This document shows, piece after piece, positions 18,227 to 35,199 of a stretch of 64,000 nt of DNA. Numbering within the stretch: position 1 is the first letter of the stretch; every line of letters begins with the position of its first letter. The notes under the pieces were generated by a model, which saw only the letters and a list, made by a program, of their open reading frames with translations, was not told the DNA's origin and did no database searches. Position numbers and translations under genes: made by a program. This stretch comes from the human T2T-CHM13v2.0 reference genome, Homo sapiens: NCBI RefSeq assembly GCF_009914755.1, contig NC_060925.1, one strand, 5' to 3'.

Positions 18227-18782
18227 AGGGCAATGTAATGCCTATCAAAATACCAATGTCATTCTTCACAATATTCAGGAAAAAAAATCCTAAAAATCAT
18301 AAGGGACCAATAAAGAGCCCAAATGGCCAAAGCAATCCTAACCAAAGTGGAAAAATCTGGAGGTATACATTACCTGACTTCAAATTATACTACAAGACTA
18401 CAGTAATCAAAACAGCATAGTAATGGTGTAAAAATGGACACATAGATCAATGGAACAGAATAGAGAACCTAGAAATAAAGCCACATACCTACAACCAACT
18501 GAACTTCGACAAAGTCAACAAAAACATAAATTAGGGTAAAAACACCCTACTCCAAAAATGGTGCAGAGAAAATAGGATAGTCATACGTAGAAAAAAAACT
18601 GCATCCATATCTCTCAGTAGATACAAAAATTAACTCAAGATGAATTAAAAACTTCCATGTAATTTCTGAAGCTATAAAAATCTTAGAAGAAAACCTAGGA
18701 AAAACTCTTCTGGACATTGGCCTAGGCCAATAATTTATGACTAAGACTTCAAAAGCAAATGCAACAAAACCAAAAATGGATG

Positions 18783-19156
18783 TGATATGGTTTGGCTGTG
18801 TCCCCACCCAAATCTCATCTTGAATTGTAGTTCCCATAATCCCCACATAGTAGGAAGGACCCAGTGGGAGTTAAGTGAATTATGGGGGCGGTTACCTCCA
18901 TGCTGTTCTTGTGATAGTGAATTCTTATGAGATATGATGGTTTTATAGGGGGCTTTTCCCCCTACTTCACTCTGCACTTCTCCTTGCTTCCACCATGTGA
19001 AGCAGGATGTGTTTGTTTCCCCTTCCACCACGATTGTAAATTTCCTGAAGCTTCCCCAACCATGCTGAACTGTGAATCAATTAAACATTTTTTCTTTATA
19101 AATTACCCAGTCTCGAGTAGTTCTTTATTAGCAGCATGAGAAGGGACTAATTAACA
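18783..19156 (+). mobile_element. THE1C/D-like solo LTR
   Basis: 'tgatatggtttggctgtgtccccacccaaatctcatc...ggactaat'. Confidence 0.88.
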
Positions 19157-20189
19157 AGTGTGATCTAATTAAACTAAAAAGTTTCTGCACAGCAAAGGAA
19201 ACTATAAACAGAGTGAACAGAACTACAGAATGGGAGAAAATTATTGCAAACTATGCATGTGACAAAGGACTAATACCTATAATCTACAAGGAATTCAATC
19301 AAACAACTGAACAAAAAAATAAATAACCCCATTAAAATGTAGGCAAAGGATATAAACAGACACTTCTCAAAAGAAGACATATAAGTGGCCAAAAAGCATA
19401 TGAAAAAAATGTTCAACATCACTAATCATCAGAGAAATGCAAATTAAAATCACAAAATACCATCTTATACCAGTCAGAACAGCTATTATTAAAACATCAA
19501 AAAATAACAGATGTGGTCAAGGATGTAAAGAAAAGGGGATGCAAATTAGTCCAATCAAAATGACATGGAGATTTCTCAAATAACTAAAATAGAACTACCA
19601 TTTGATTCAGCAATCCCATTACTCAGTATCTACTCAAAGGAAAAGAAATTATTATATCAAAAAGACGCCCCCACTAATATATTTATCTATTTATCACAGT
19701 ACTATTCACAATAGTAAAGTCATGGAATCAAACTAAGTGTCCAGCAACAGACGATTGGATAAGGAAAATGTGGTATATATATATATATACACCATGGAAT
19801 ACTACTCAGCCATAAAAATGAATGAAATGGTGTCATTTGCAGCAATGTGGATAGAACTATAAGCCATTATGTAAAGTGAAATAACTCAGAAACAGCAAGT
19901 CAAATACTGCATGTTCTCACTTATGAGTGGACATGCAAATAATTTGTACACATAGATGTAGAGAATGGAATAATAGATACTGGAAACTCAGAAAGGTGGG
20001 AGGGTAGGAGGAGGGTGATGATGAGAAATTTCCTATTGGATACAATGTACACTACTCAAGGGTTTACATTCAAAGTCCAGACTTCACCACCATGCAATAC
20101 ACTCAGGTAACAAAACTGCACTGGAACCCCTTAAATCTATTTTTAAAAAAGATTTTGAGTCTACTTCTGAGGTTCTTTTCAACATCGCT

Positions 20190-20335
20190 AATGTTCAACA
20201 TCACTAATCATCAGAGAAGTGCAAATTAAAACCACAAAATACCATCTTATGCCAGTCAGAACAGCTATTATTAAAACATCAAAAAATAACAGACGTGGTC
20301 AAGGATGCAGAGAAAAGGGGATGCAAATTAGTCCA
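20190..20335 (+). repeat. 146-bp direct copy of 19408-19553
   Basis: Manual alignment: about 6 mismatches and a shared private deletion. Confidence 0.92.
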
Positions 20336-20429
20336 CTGTTCTAAATTATGACAACTGTCACTCAGAAGTCTCTCAGTTGAACTTTCACTAAGGGTTCTGT
20401 CATCTTCAGGGTTGCTTCTTTAACTCTTC

Positions 20430-21395
<966 letters not shown>

Positions 21396-21702
21396 ACACT
21401 CAAGAATAGCCTAATTATTTTAAGATTTGTTATGAAATTTTCTCAAAACAAAATTTACTAAATGTAATTTGCTTTAATCTTAAAAATCAAAGTTTTTATA
21501 ATGTACTTTATAGTGGTAAAAAAATATAAAAGAAGTATTAAGAAATACAAGTATAGACTGGGATTAACATGTTATATATACTACAAATATTGGAGAAAAG
21601 ACTTCAAATATGTTCTACTTCATGAAAAATATTTAATGAATAGTGACTTTTTCTGCTGATTCCAAATTTAGTTGGCATAACATAATAAAAAGTGAAAAAT
21701 AC

Positions 21703-21756
21703 CTGGCCTTAATCAATTTTCTCCTCAATTTTACTGTTCTCAGGTTAAACTTTGTT
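21703..21756 (-). other. Candidate 54-nt symmetric exon of an unidentified minus-strand gene
   Basis: Minus strand: branch-like cttaac, ttttattatctttAG acceptor, CAG|gtattt donor; one open frame (xTKFNLRTVKLRRKLIKAx). Confidence 0.25.
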
Positions 21757-23639
21757 CTAAAGATAATAAAATGTCCAAAGCGTTAAGTAAAAATGGATTC
21801 CTTGACTATATGAAGAAGGGAAGATATAGTAATCTATTCACAAGATGTGACATCAGACTGGTTTTGTATATGTAAAGCAGGATGTACTCATTCATTAAAA
21901 AATATCTGCCTAAGAAGTACATGACTGTAAGGAAATTAGAAGTTCTGCTCACGAATTTATTAACTGACAAATCTCATAATTCAGTTATGTGCTGATGAAA
22001 TATTCCTGACAAAATACCATGACAGGATTTGTTTTATTTACTCATCAAAGAAAAGCTCAGAACAAAATAAACAGGATAATCATGAAATTCAGGTAATTCA
22101 AGTTAAACCATATAGAGATGAGTTTGAGTGCATAATATACACACACATACATTTATATGTTAATGCCACTGAAGCAAAAAGTGTTTTCCTTAGCATTTTG
22201 AATTATACTCAAATTCTTCATTTAATTTTCCCTGTGTGGACACAGCCACTATGACACATATCTTCTCACATAAATTCTACTTGAAGATTACAATTAAATT
22301 GATACTTAGAGCTAATTTCACTATAATTTTGCTATATTTCTAAGTAACAAACTACCTCTCCATTCACTCTCTCACCTAACTTCTTCAAATCCTTTGTGGA
22401 ATGAGGCAGAGTAAAAATATTTAAAATAAAATAACATCCTAACTTGATCTATCTTTGTGAATGTTATAAATGGGGTCTTAACTAAAATGTATAAATCATT
22501 CTCCTTTGTGAGTCTTAATAGGCTTCTTTTTACCAGACGGAAGTAAAAGGTGAAAGTACATGCAACATGTGCTTGAAATGCTGCTGTCAAGGTTTTCATA
22601 AAATGATACACCTCTAAACATCCCATCACAGTTCAGATGTGTTGGGCCTGATATTTTTTAAAAAGTAGTAAAACAGCTAACTACAGGTATAGGCAGAAAT
22701 CTGTTCCAGATTCTGCATAAAGGCTTCTTGAGACTTTTCTTAGTGATATTTAAAATAAAAAGCAGTACAGCATCCCAGAGCACAGAGTTAGAGAACATAA
22801 GGACCTACCCTATGTATGAAAATGACAAGATACTTCTAAGCCTAAATAATTGTGGTCTGAAAGCTAGGTGACAGAAATTGCCCACATTAGTTTACAGGAC
22901 ATCTCCTGGCCAGCAAAAGGCAAGATCAAGAAAAATAGATATAGTTCCCTTTACGGTAATCATTTACAAAGTACTGCTTTCCCAAAGCGTCTTTCACATA
23001 ATTCATATTGCAACTCTGTGGTATAGGTATTAGTCTTCCCGTGTTGCAGATGAAGGAAATCATACCCTGAAAACTTATACAATTTGCCCGGTATCTTCAC
23101 TGCTGCCAAGTGACAGTCAGCTTTTGCCTCTGGTTCTTCATATGCCAAATATAGTGCTATTCCCACAACAACACCAGGATGTTACATCTACCAAGCTTAA
23201 GCTCCTAAGTGCTTTTTGAATCTTGTTTTTGCTCACACAGATTACATTCCTCAGGCCAGATTAAGTTCAACACTCCTGTCAAGAAAGACAATATAGTTGT
23301 GTAAGTGTGATTGGCAAACAGCGTGGCTGTAGTATTTCAGGCCCTGAGATACACTGCCAGGATGGGGATATGGCCTTGAGTAAATGAATGCTATTCCTTG
23401 AGTCCCTTTAGGCAGATGCAATCTTCGTTTCATTTTGTTGAATTCTCTATTATTCATTGACTCTCATAGCTCTCCTCTCTTCCTGATCTTTTATTAAAAT
23501 CTAACCTATTGTCTTAAGAGATAGTTCAAAATTAAGCCAAAATAAAACTAAAGTTCCTCAAATGTTCTTTGAATCAGTTTTATTATCCTTACTAATGAGT
23601 TCAATCTTGATACATGTCCATTCTACATTTGTATGAGAA

Positions 23640-23827
23640 TCGTGTTTTTTAACATGTTTGAAAATTATATAAGCTCTTAACAATGTGCTATGTGTGCTTT
23701 TTCATAAATTCTTAATTCTCAAATCAATGCTATGAAGTAGTATTATTATTTCCACTTTATGTAGGAATACAGGCTCACAGAGTTGAAGTGACTTTACTGA
23801 ATTTGCATAGCTAGAAAGTGGTAGAGA
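23640..23827 (-). mobile_element. MIR interrupted by the L1 at 23845
   Basis: 'tattattatttccactttatgtag...aggctcacagagttgaagtgact...ctagaaagtggtagag'. Confidence 0.65.
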
Positions 23828-23844
23828 TGGAAAAGGAATGTACA

Positions 23845-26214
23845 GGGAGGAGCTAAAATGGCTGACTAGATGCAACCAGGAAGAGCTTCTCCCACCAAGA
23901 GAGACCAGATGGTCAAGTACACCAGCACGCTCTGAATACATCTTCAGAAAGAAGGCATTGAGAGTGTACAGAGGAAAAAAGCAGACCCCATGATGAAAGG
24001 GGAAGGAGCTAGGAACACTGCAAGGAATTGCCAGCACCAGGGCTTATCCCTTGCCCTTAGCAGCTCCTACAGGAGTGAGTAAAATAGGTGTGGTGAGTAA
24101 AATAGAGCTTCTGCAGAAGGGGTGAGTAAAATAGAGTGGCACACTCTCACCACAGACCTCTGGAATCCTAGCTGCAGGAGAACTTCAATTATTAATGGAA
24201 CATCAGCCCACACAGATGATAAAGAACCAGCTCAAGAACTCTGGCAACTCTAAAAGCCAAAGTGTCTTCTTACTTCCAAATAGCTGTACGCAGTGCAGCA
24301 GTGGTTCTTAACCACACTGAAAAAGCTGAAAGAACAGACAGAATTGAGAGTCTGGATAGCGGCAGGACGTGGTGGCTCATGCCTGTAATCCCAGCACTTT
24401 GGGAGGCCAAGGCAGGAGGATCACCTGAGTTCGGGAGATTGAGACATGCCTGACCAACATGGAGAAACCCCATCTCTACTAAAAATGCCAAATTAGCCAG
24501 GCATGGTGACACATGACTGTAATCCCAGCTACTCAGGAAGGCTGAGGCAGGAGAATCACTTGAACCCGGGAGGCAGAGGTTGTAGTGACTTGAGATCACA
24601 CCATTGCACTCCAGCCAGGGCAACAAGAGCAAAACTCTGTCAAAAAAAAAAAAAAAAAAAAAACAAAGAAGAATCTGGATAGCAAGGAAGCTCACCAAAA
24701 TATAGGACAACATTAAAGCCCAATCCAATAAAAACACTAGAACAGTCCAAGAGTTGAAAGACAACATAGTCATTTTAAGAAAGAACAAAACTAAAGTGGA
24801 AATAAAAAATTCACTACAGGAATTTCAGAATGCAGTTGGAAGTATTAATAACAGAATAGATCAAGGTGAGGAAAGAATCCCAGAGCTCAAATGAACCATT
24901 CCTTCAAATCAACACAGACAGAAAAAAAAAATAAAGAAAAAAGAATTTTAAAAAATGAAGAAAACCTCCAAGAAATATGAAATTATATAAATGGACAAGA
25001 CCTGTGACTCACTGGCACTCCTGAAAGAGATGGAGAAATAGTAAGCAACTTGGAAAACATACTTAAGAATATTGTACATGAAAATTTCCCCAACCTCACT
25101 AAAGAGGTTGACATGCAAATTCAGGAAGTTCAGAGAACCCCTGTGAGATACTGTACCAGACAACCATCCTCAAGACACATAGTCATCAGAGTCTCCACAG
25201 TCAACAAAAAAGAAAACAATCTTAAAGGCAGCTAGATTCATAAAACACATTTTTAGAGACCTACGAAAGGGGCAGCTCATGTACAAAAGGAACTCCATCA
25301 GAATAACAGCCGACCTTTCAACAGAAACCTTCCAAGCCAGAAGAAATTGAGGGCCTATATTCAGCATTTGTAAAGAAAAGAAATTCCAACCAAGAATTTC
25401 ATATTCAGCCAAACTAAACATCATAAGTGAAGGAGAAATAAAATTCTATCCAGACAAGCAAATGCTATGGAAATTCATTACCACCAAACCTGCATTACAA
25501 GAGGTCCTTAAAGGATTGCTAAACATGGAAACAAAAGACCATTACCAGCCACCACAAAAATACACTTACTTACATAGACCACTGATAATATAAAGCGACT
25601 ATACAATCAAGTCTATGTAACAACCAGCTAACCGCATGATGCTGAGTTCAAATTCTCACATGTCAATATTGCAATGTTCCAATTAGAAGACAGAGTGGTA
25701 AGTTGAATAAAAAAGCAAGAACAAAGTGTATTTTGTCTTCAAGAGACCCATTTCCTTATGACACCCATAGGCTCAAAATAAGGGGATGGAGAAAAATCTG
25801 CCAAGCAGACAGAAAACAAAAAAAAAGCATGGGTTGCTATTCTTATTTCAGACAAAACAGACTACCAACAATGATCAAAAAGGACAAAGAGCATTACATA
25901 ACGGTAAAATATTCAACAAGAAGACTTAACTTTCCTAAATATATATGCAACCAACACTGGAGCTCTCAGATTCATAAAACACATTGTTAGAGACCTATAA
26001 AGAGACTTAAATAACCAAACAATAAGAGTGGGAGACATTCACACCCCACTGACAGCATTAGAATGAGGGTCAAAAAACTACCTATCTGGTACTGTGCTCA
26101 CTAGCGGGGTGACAAAATCATTTGCACACCAAACCCTAGTGACACACAACTTACCCATGTAACAAACCTGCACATGTACCCCTGAACCTAAAATAAAAGT
26201 TGAATAGGGGAAAA
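23845..26214 (+). mobile_element. Old L1PA15/16-like element with both termini and two large internal deletions
   Basis: 5'UTR start 'gggaggagctaaaatggctgactag', ORF1, start of ORF2, then directly the last ~150 bp of 3'UTR; TSD aaagtggtagaga / aaagtgggagaga (23815-23827 / 26215-26227). Confidence 0.8.
24361..24670 (+). mobile_element. AluSp/Sq-like element
   Basis: 'aacatggagaaaccc', 'ggcaacaagagcaaaactc'; TSD tctggatagc (24351-24360 / 24674-24683). Confidence 0.93.
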
Positions 26215-26404
26215 AAAGTGGGAGAGACAATCTGTCTTATCTGGAGCCTTAGTCACAGTTACAAAGACCCTCTTACTAAAGCTTTAAATGGCCTCCTCTT
26301 CTCTGAGGTAAGGTAAGGCCATTGAGGAGCATAATAAGTATGAATATCCATGAACAAAGTATGATTTATTACTATGGGTTCATATCATAGGTTGATATAA
26401 TACA

Positions 26405-26815
26405 AATCATTTACATATTCTTTTGATACATAATTATTGAGCACCTAATGTGTCAAGTCCTGTTTGTTGATTGAGGGAATACAGATGATTGGTGGTAAAA
26501 AGATAAGTCAGGCACAGATTTTATTAAGGAACTTACAGTCATAAATAAAAATAACTAAAAAGTAAAACAGAAGCAAAAAAATTAATGTTTATTTTCTGTG
26601 TTTATTCATTCAATGACTATTAACACCTAGTATGTGTTAGGTACTGTGCTGTATACTGGAGGTATGGCAAAGAATAAAACAGTAATAATCCTTGTCCTCA
26701 CGGTGCTTTTATTTCACAAAAAGAGAAAAACATTAAGTAATTGTAAGCGTGACAAGTGTTTTAAAGGATACTTATAGTATGCTCTGCAAGCATGTACCTG
26801 GAGAATCCTATCTAT
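26405..26815 (-). mobile_element. L2 relics
   Basis: 'ttattgagcacctaatgtgtcaag', 'cattcaatgactattaacacctagtatgtgttaggtactgtgct'. Confidence 0.55.
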
Positions 26816-28540
26816 TGGTGTTTTCTTTCTACTCTGAATCTTAAAAAATCTCAAAAATGCTGTAAATATCAATTTTATATTTAGATAAATATAAATTAAT
26901 ATCATTAAAAATACAAGATTAAAAGGGGCATGTTTCCTAAGAGATATAGACAAAGAAGTATAAGAATTCAGAGGAAAGTGGAATTGCTTCCAATAAGGGT
27001 GATAAAGGGACACTATATGGCCTAGTGACATTTGAAATGAGGAATGATATCAGAATGGTCCCGTATATCTCTTTTAGCATGACAAAACTGTCAGTTATAT
27101 GCACTACAAATCCATCCACACCAGTTTCTCAACTGGAGGAAATGCTAAATCTTGATTTAAGTAAGGTATCTTCACTATCCCTACATACCCACTTCCCTAT
27201 CTTTTGTCTTACAAGAAAAATAAATACTCCAAGACAGAGTGGTTAATCCCAAATCCACACCTAGTCCTTGCTGCCTTCTAGGTGCTGTTCACTTCCCCTC
27301 ACAGTTAGGGGTAGCCATGTGGATAATTCCATCCATTTAGGATGCAACTGGAACTCTACAGGAGTAGGGATAGATTCTAGGAAAGCAGCTTCCTAATAAA
27401 ACAAAGAATACCACTCGTTTTCTTTTCTTCCTGCCACGAAAGGAGATACAGTATCTGGAACTAGGTGGAAACTTAAAACTCAGCAGCTGTCTTATCACCA
27501 TGAAAAGATGTCAAGAGCACAAAGAGATGGTGACACTAATATGGCTAAGCCACTAAACCACTGTTAGCAGCTGCTTATCTCCATACATCTTATAGTGTGA
27601 GGGGGGAAGTGTTCAAGTTCCTATAAATTAAGTTACCTGTCAATAGAAGCATCCTTACAGGATATAGTAAACGTTCCAGGAAAGAGACCAGAAAGCAAAT
27701 TATTCTGAGAGAAAAGAAGGGATCAACATGAATATTAAAGAGCTGGTGAGTGTGAAAATGTAACACGAATGTTAGGAAAATACCAGCAAAGAGAGGATTT
27801 CTCCTTATCTAATCATGCGCTCTCTCTCCATTCATCCCAGAGTAATACTACTATTTATTTATCACATTCAGATCTTTTCCATTGGCTTTCTGTTTCGGCA
27901 GATGAAAATAACTCTTAATACCTCTTCCCAACCTAGTCTTTCTATATCCTCCCCATATGTTCACATTACAAGTTTTAATTAGTGATTACAGTTTACATTA
28001 TTTTGACTACATAAATGATACCTACTTCAGAGTCAAGTGGTATACAGTGGATAATGGATACACATTGTCTTTTGTATAATTTTGTCTTTGTAGTCCTCCA
28101 GTATGGACTAGCTACTCTCTAGGCCTGATGCCCCATGGTCGTCAGGTACTCCCTTTTGTAGCTGTCTCATAGTAGATAAATATTCTTTGGGTTCTGTAGC
28201 TTTGTTTCACTTAGTCTTCTTCTTGTTTTGCTGCATAATCTCACAGCTTCCTATGAAGTTGTGCATGAGATGTAAATTTCCACTTTGCACTTCTGAACAT
28301 TTTATTTATTCTATGCCCACACTTTACTAATATGTGGCTTAGGTACAGAATTCTGAATACTATTCTATTTTTCTTTATTATTAATTGCCACTGTTCTTTT
28401 TTTATGTAACTTACTTTCTTCTCTGTGAAATCTGGAGATTGTTTTAAATCCCTGATACTAAGAATTTGATGATTACATGCTTCAGTGTGAATATTTCTCA
28501 CTTACTGTGGTGGGCATTTCCTGTGCCCTTTTATCCTACG

Positions 28541-28732
28541 GCAGTGATTTTCAAACTGTAGTCCCTAGGTCAGCAGCATCACTGTCATCTAGGAACTTGT
28601 TAGAAAAGAAAGATTTTGAGTGCCACCTTAGGCCTAATGAATCAGAAACTCTGGTGGTGAGGCCCAGAAATCTGTGTTTGAACAAGTCCTGGACATAATT
28701 CTGATGATGTATGCTAAAATTTGAGAGCCACT
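28541..28732. mobile_element. MER5A-like hAT-Charlie DNA transposon fossil
   Basis: Termini 'cagtgattttcaaa' and 'tttgagagccacta'; core 'tgaatcagaaactctg'. Confidence 0.8.
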
Positions 28733-29097
28733 AATCTAGACACATACTCTTTAATTCCAGAAATTTTTCTTGAAGGTTTTCTTTTTTTGATAATTTCCTC
28801 CCCTCCATTCTCTCTATTTTCTTAGTCTGGAACTACTGTTAATTAGAGATGATAATCATGGATTGATACTCCAAGCCTCTTTTTCTTTCTTATTTTCAAC
28901 CTCTTGGTCATTTTATCTTCTAGAATATTTCCCTGATTTTAACTTCCAACATTTTATCACTTTTTTTTTTTTTCAAATTTTGACTATTTTTATTTTATTT
29001 CTAAGGGATTCTTCTTGTTCTCTGGTGTTCTTCATATCTAGCATCTCATTCTTATTTATGGAAGCCATGTCTATATTTATCTGTCTAAGGATCTTAG

Positions 29098-29460
<363 letters not shown>

Positions 29461-29544
29461 TATTTTCTAGTTTCTTTTTCTCTCTTTCTCATGTCAGAGG
29501 CTTTCTCAAATACTCTGCCATCCTTAGAGAAGTAAGATTATCAC

Positions 29545-30163
29545 AAATTTGTTTAATCTAGTTGCCACCTTGGCATCCACTTTTAGTCCTGACATAAGTT
29601 ATTTGAATCCTAGTTGTACTCCATCACCTTTGGCCTGGTTAAAATTTCCCATCCCCGCATGGTTTTTTATGATATAACCTGCTTGTTCCTGATTTCACTG
29701 ACCCAAAACCCAACACATCCCACACCTGCTGACCATGATAAAACCTAATGTTGAACACCTAAGTCATGTAAATAAGTTCTTATCTTTGCAAGTGTTTTCT
29801 TTGAACTCCAATCCATAACCCCCTTGTGAAAGCCTAAGGGAAAGCACCCCTCATCCTTAACAAAGGCATAGTCCTACAGGTCCTCTCTCTCTCTTTCTCT
29901 TTCTCCCCACCTGCTGGTTGAGCTCCCTGTCATCTCTCAACTTCCCATTGGTGCTCCTAACCTCTCTAGGTTTCCTCCATTTTATGCATTTTGGTTTTCC
30001 TTCCTCATTGTGTCTCACCTGACACACACACACCTGAACCCAACTTTCTCCTCCAGTCAGGGGTCTCCTAAAGAGTAGCTATCTTAGCTTATGGCCACTC
30101 CCAACAAAGAGAGAAACCTCAAGACCAAATCAGAAAGAAACCATAATCATAGAAATCACAACA
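29545..30163. mobile_element. Probable old ERV solo LTR, family not assigned
   Basis: LTR-like composition ending '...aaatcacaaca'; recognition only. Confidence 0.4.
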
Positions 30164-30736
30164 GGAGATAGGTACAACCCGTGACTTACTTTGGTTAAGA
30201 AAGTATGAGCAGAACTATGTCCTTGAGTGGTGAAGCTTCAAAAGTCAATTAGCAATTTGTCTTCCTCTTCTCTTGCCTAAGTAATTCTAGAAGCATATGT
30301 CAATACCAAGCCTCCATTAGCATGGGTGCCTGAGTGGCTGTGATAACCAAGAGTCCCTGGTGACTTGTGTATGACACAGATATCTTTAAATTGTTACTAG
30401 AGCATAACTGAACTTATCCTGACTGATAAAAGGGAGAAATCATGTACTGTTCAATAAATTAATCTGAGTCAATTGGGTATGCATAGGAAAAAACAAAATG
30501 GGATTCTTATCCCATCCCATACATAAAAATCAATTCCAACTAAATAAAAATTACATTAAAAGCTTTGGAACTTTTAAAGAAAACATAAATAAAGTATTTG
30601 TGACCTTAAAGTTGGAACTATATCTAAAAACAAAAACCTTATCAATAAAAGGGACATTGATCAACTCGGCATTAAAATTCAAGTTGTAGGTACAATACCA
30701 AAATCCTGATGCATAAAAGAAGAAAATGATAAATTA

Positions 30737-34140
<3,404 letters not shown>

Positions 34141-34153
34141 GAAAGAAAAAAAA

Positions 34154-35120
34154 GACAGAAAATATTTGCAAGTCACATACTTGATTAAGAACTTGTATTC
34201 AGAATATATAAAGAATTTTTTCAAAATTTAATTGTAAGAAACTAACACAATCTAATTTTTTTAATGGACAAAGATTTGAAAGATACTTCATCAGACAAGA
34301 TACATGGATTACAAATAAGCACATTAAAAAAAGTCAACATCATTAGTTATTAGGGAATTGCAAATCAAAATCACAATGTGATACCACTACCTGGCCATTT
34401 GAATGGATAAAATAAAAAAGTCTGATTATGCTAAGTGTTGATAAGAATGTGGAACAACTGGTACTCTCAAATGCTACTGATGGGAACGTAAAATTGTACA
34501 ATGACTTTGACAGTCTGTGAGTACTATAGAGTTAAATACAACTACCATGTGGTCCAGTCATTCCACTTCTAGGTATCTATGCCCCCAAAATGAAAGCATA
34601 TGTCCATATAAAAGCTTGTACATGAATGTTACTAGCAGCTTTATTTGTAGTTGGCAAAACTAGAAACAATACAAATGCTTGATACGTGAATTAATAAGCA
34701 AATTGTGGAACATTGCTGCAATGAGAAACTACTTAGTAATGAAAGAGACAAACTACTAATACATACAACAACATAATGATGCTTAATGAAAGAACACAAA
34801 ACATCTTCCTCTCCAAAACAAAGAGTACATGTTATATGATTCCATTTACATAAAACTCAGAAATGCAGACTAATATATAATGGCAGAAATTAGACCCATC
34901 GTTTTCTGGAAGAGGATACATGAAGAGATAGAAGGGAAAGTTACCAAGTGACAGGAGAAAACTTTTGGATGTGATTTTCTTGATTGTGGTAATTTTTCAC
35001 AGTTGGACAAACATGTCAGAACTTCCCAAGTCATACAATTGAAATATTGATTGTTTTCTTTTTTCCAGTTTTAGTGAAATAAGTAGTTTTCTTTTATGTC
35101 AATTATACTTCCAAAAATCT
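34154..35120 (+). mobile_element. Old L1M 3' region (also 30430-30768), host of the twin-primed L1
   Basis: Degenerate ORF2 end and L1MC/ME-type 3'UTR. Confidence 0.65.
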
Positions 35121-35199
35121 AGCAGTAGGAAAGTAAAAACACATAAGTAAACACATACACATATACACACACATGAATGCATTATGAAATCTCTGGTTT

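Noticed and set aside
22372-22629. 85-aa minus-strand ORF ending at a donor-like AG|gtgag
   Set aside because: An in-frame stop lies between the nearest acceptor and the ORF; no recognisable protein.
24270-24788. 172-aa and similar ORFs (28863-29400)
   Set aside because: Antisense Alu and poly(T) translations.
24170-26070. Splicing as the cause of the two deletions in the old L1
   Set aside because: The junctions do not appear to fall at GT donors, unlike the 52936/52937 junction.
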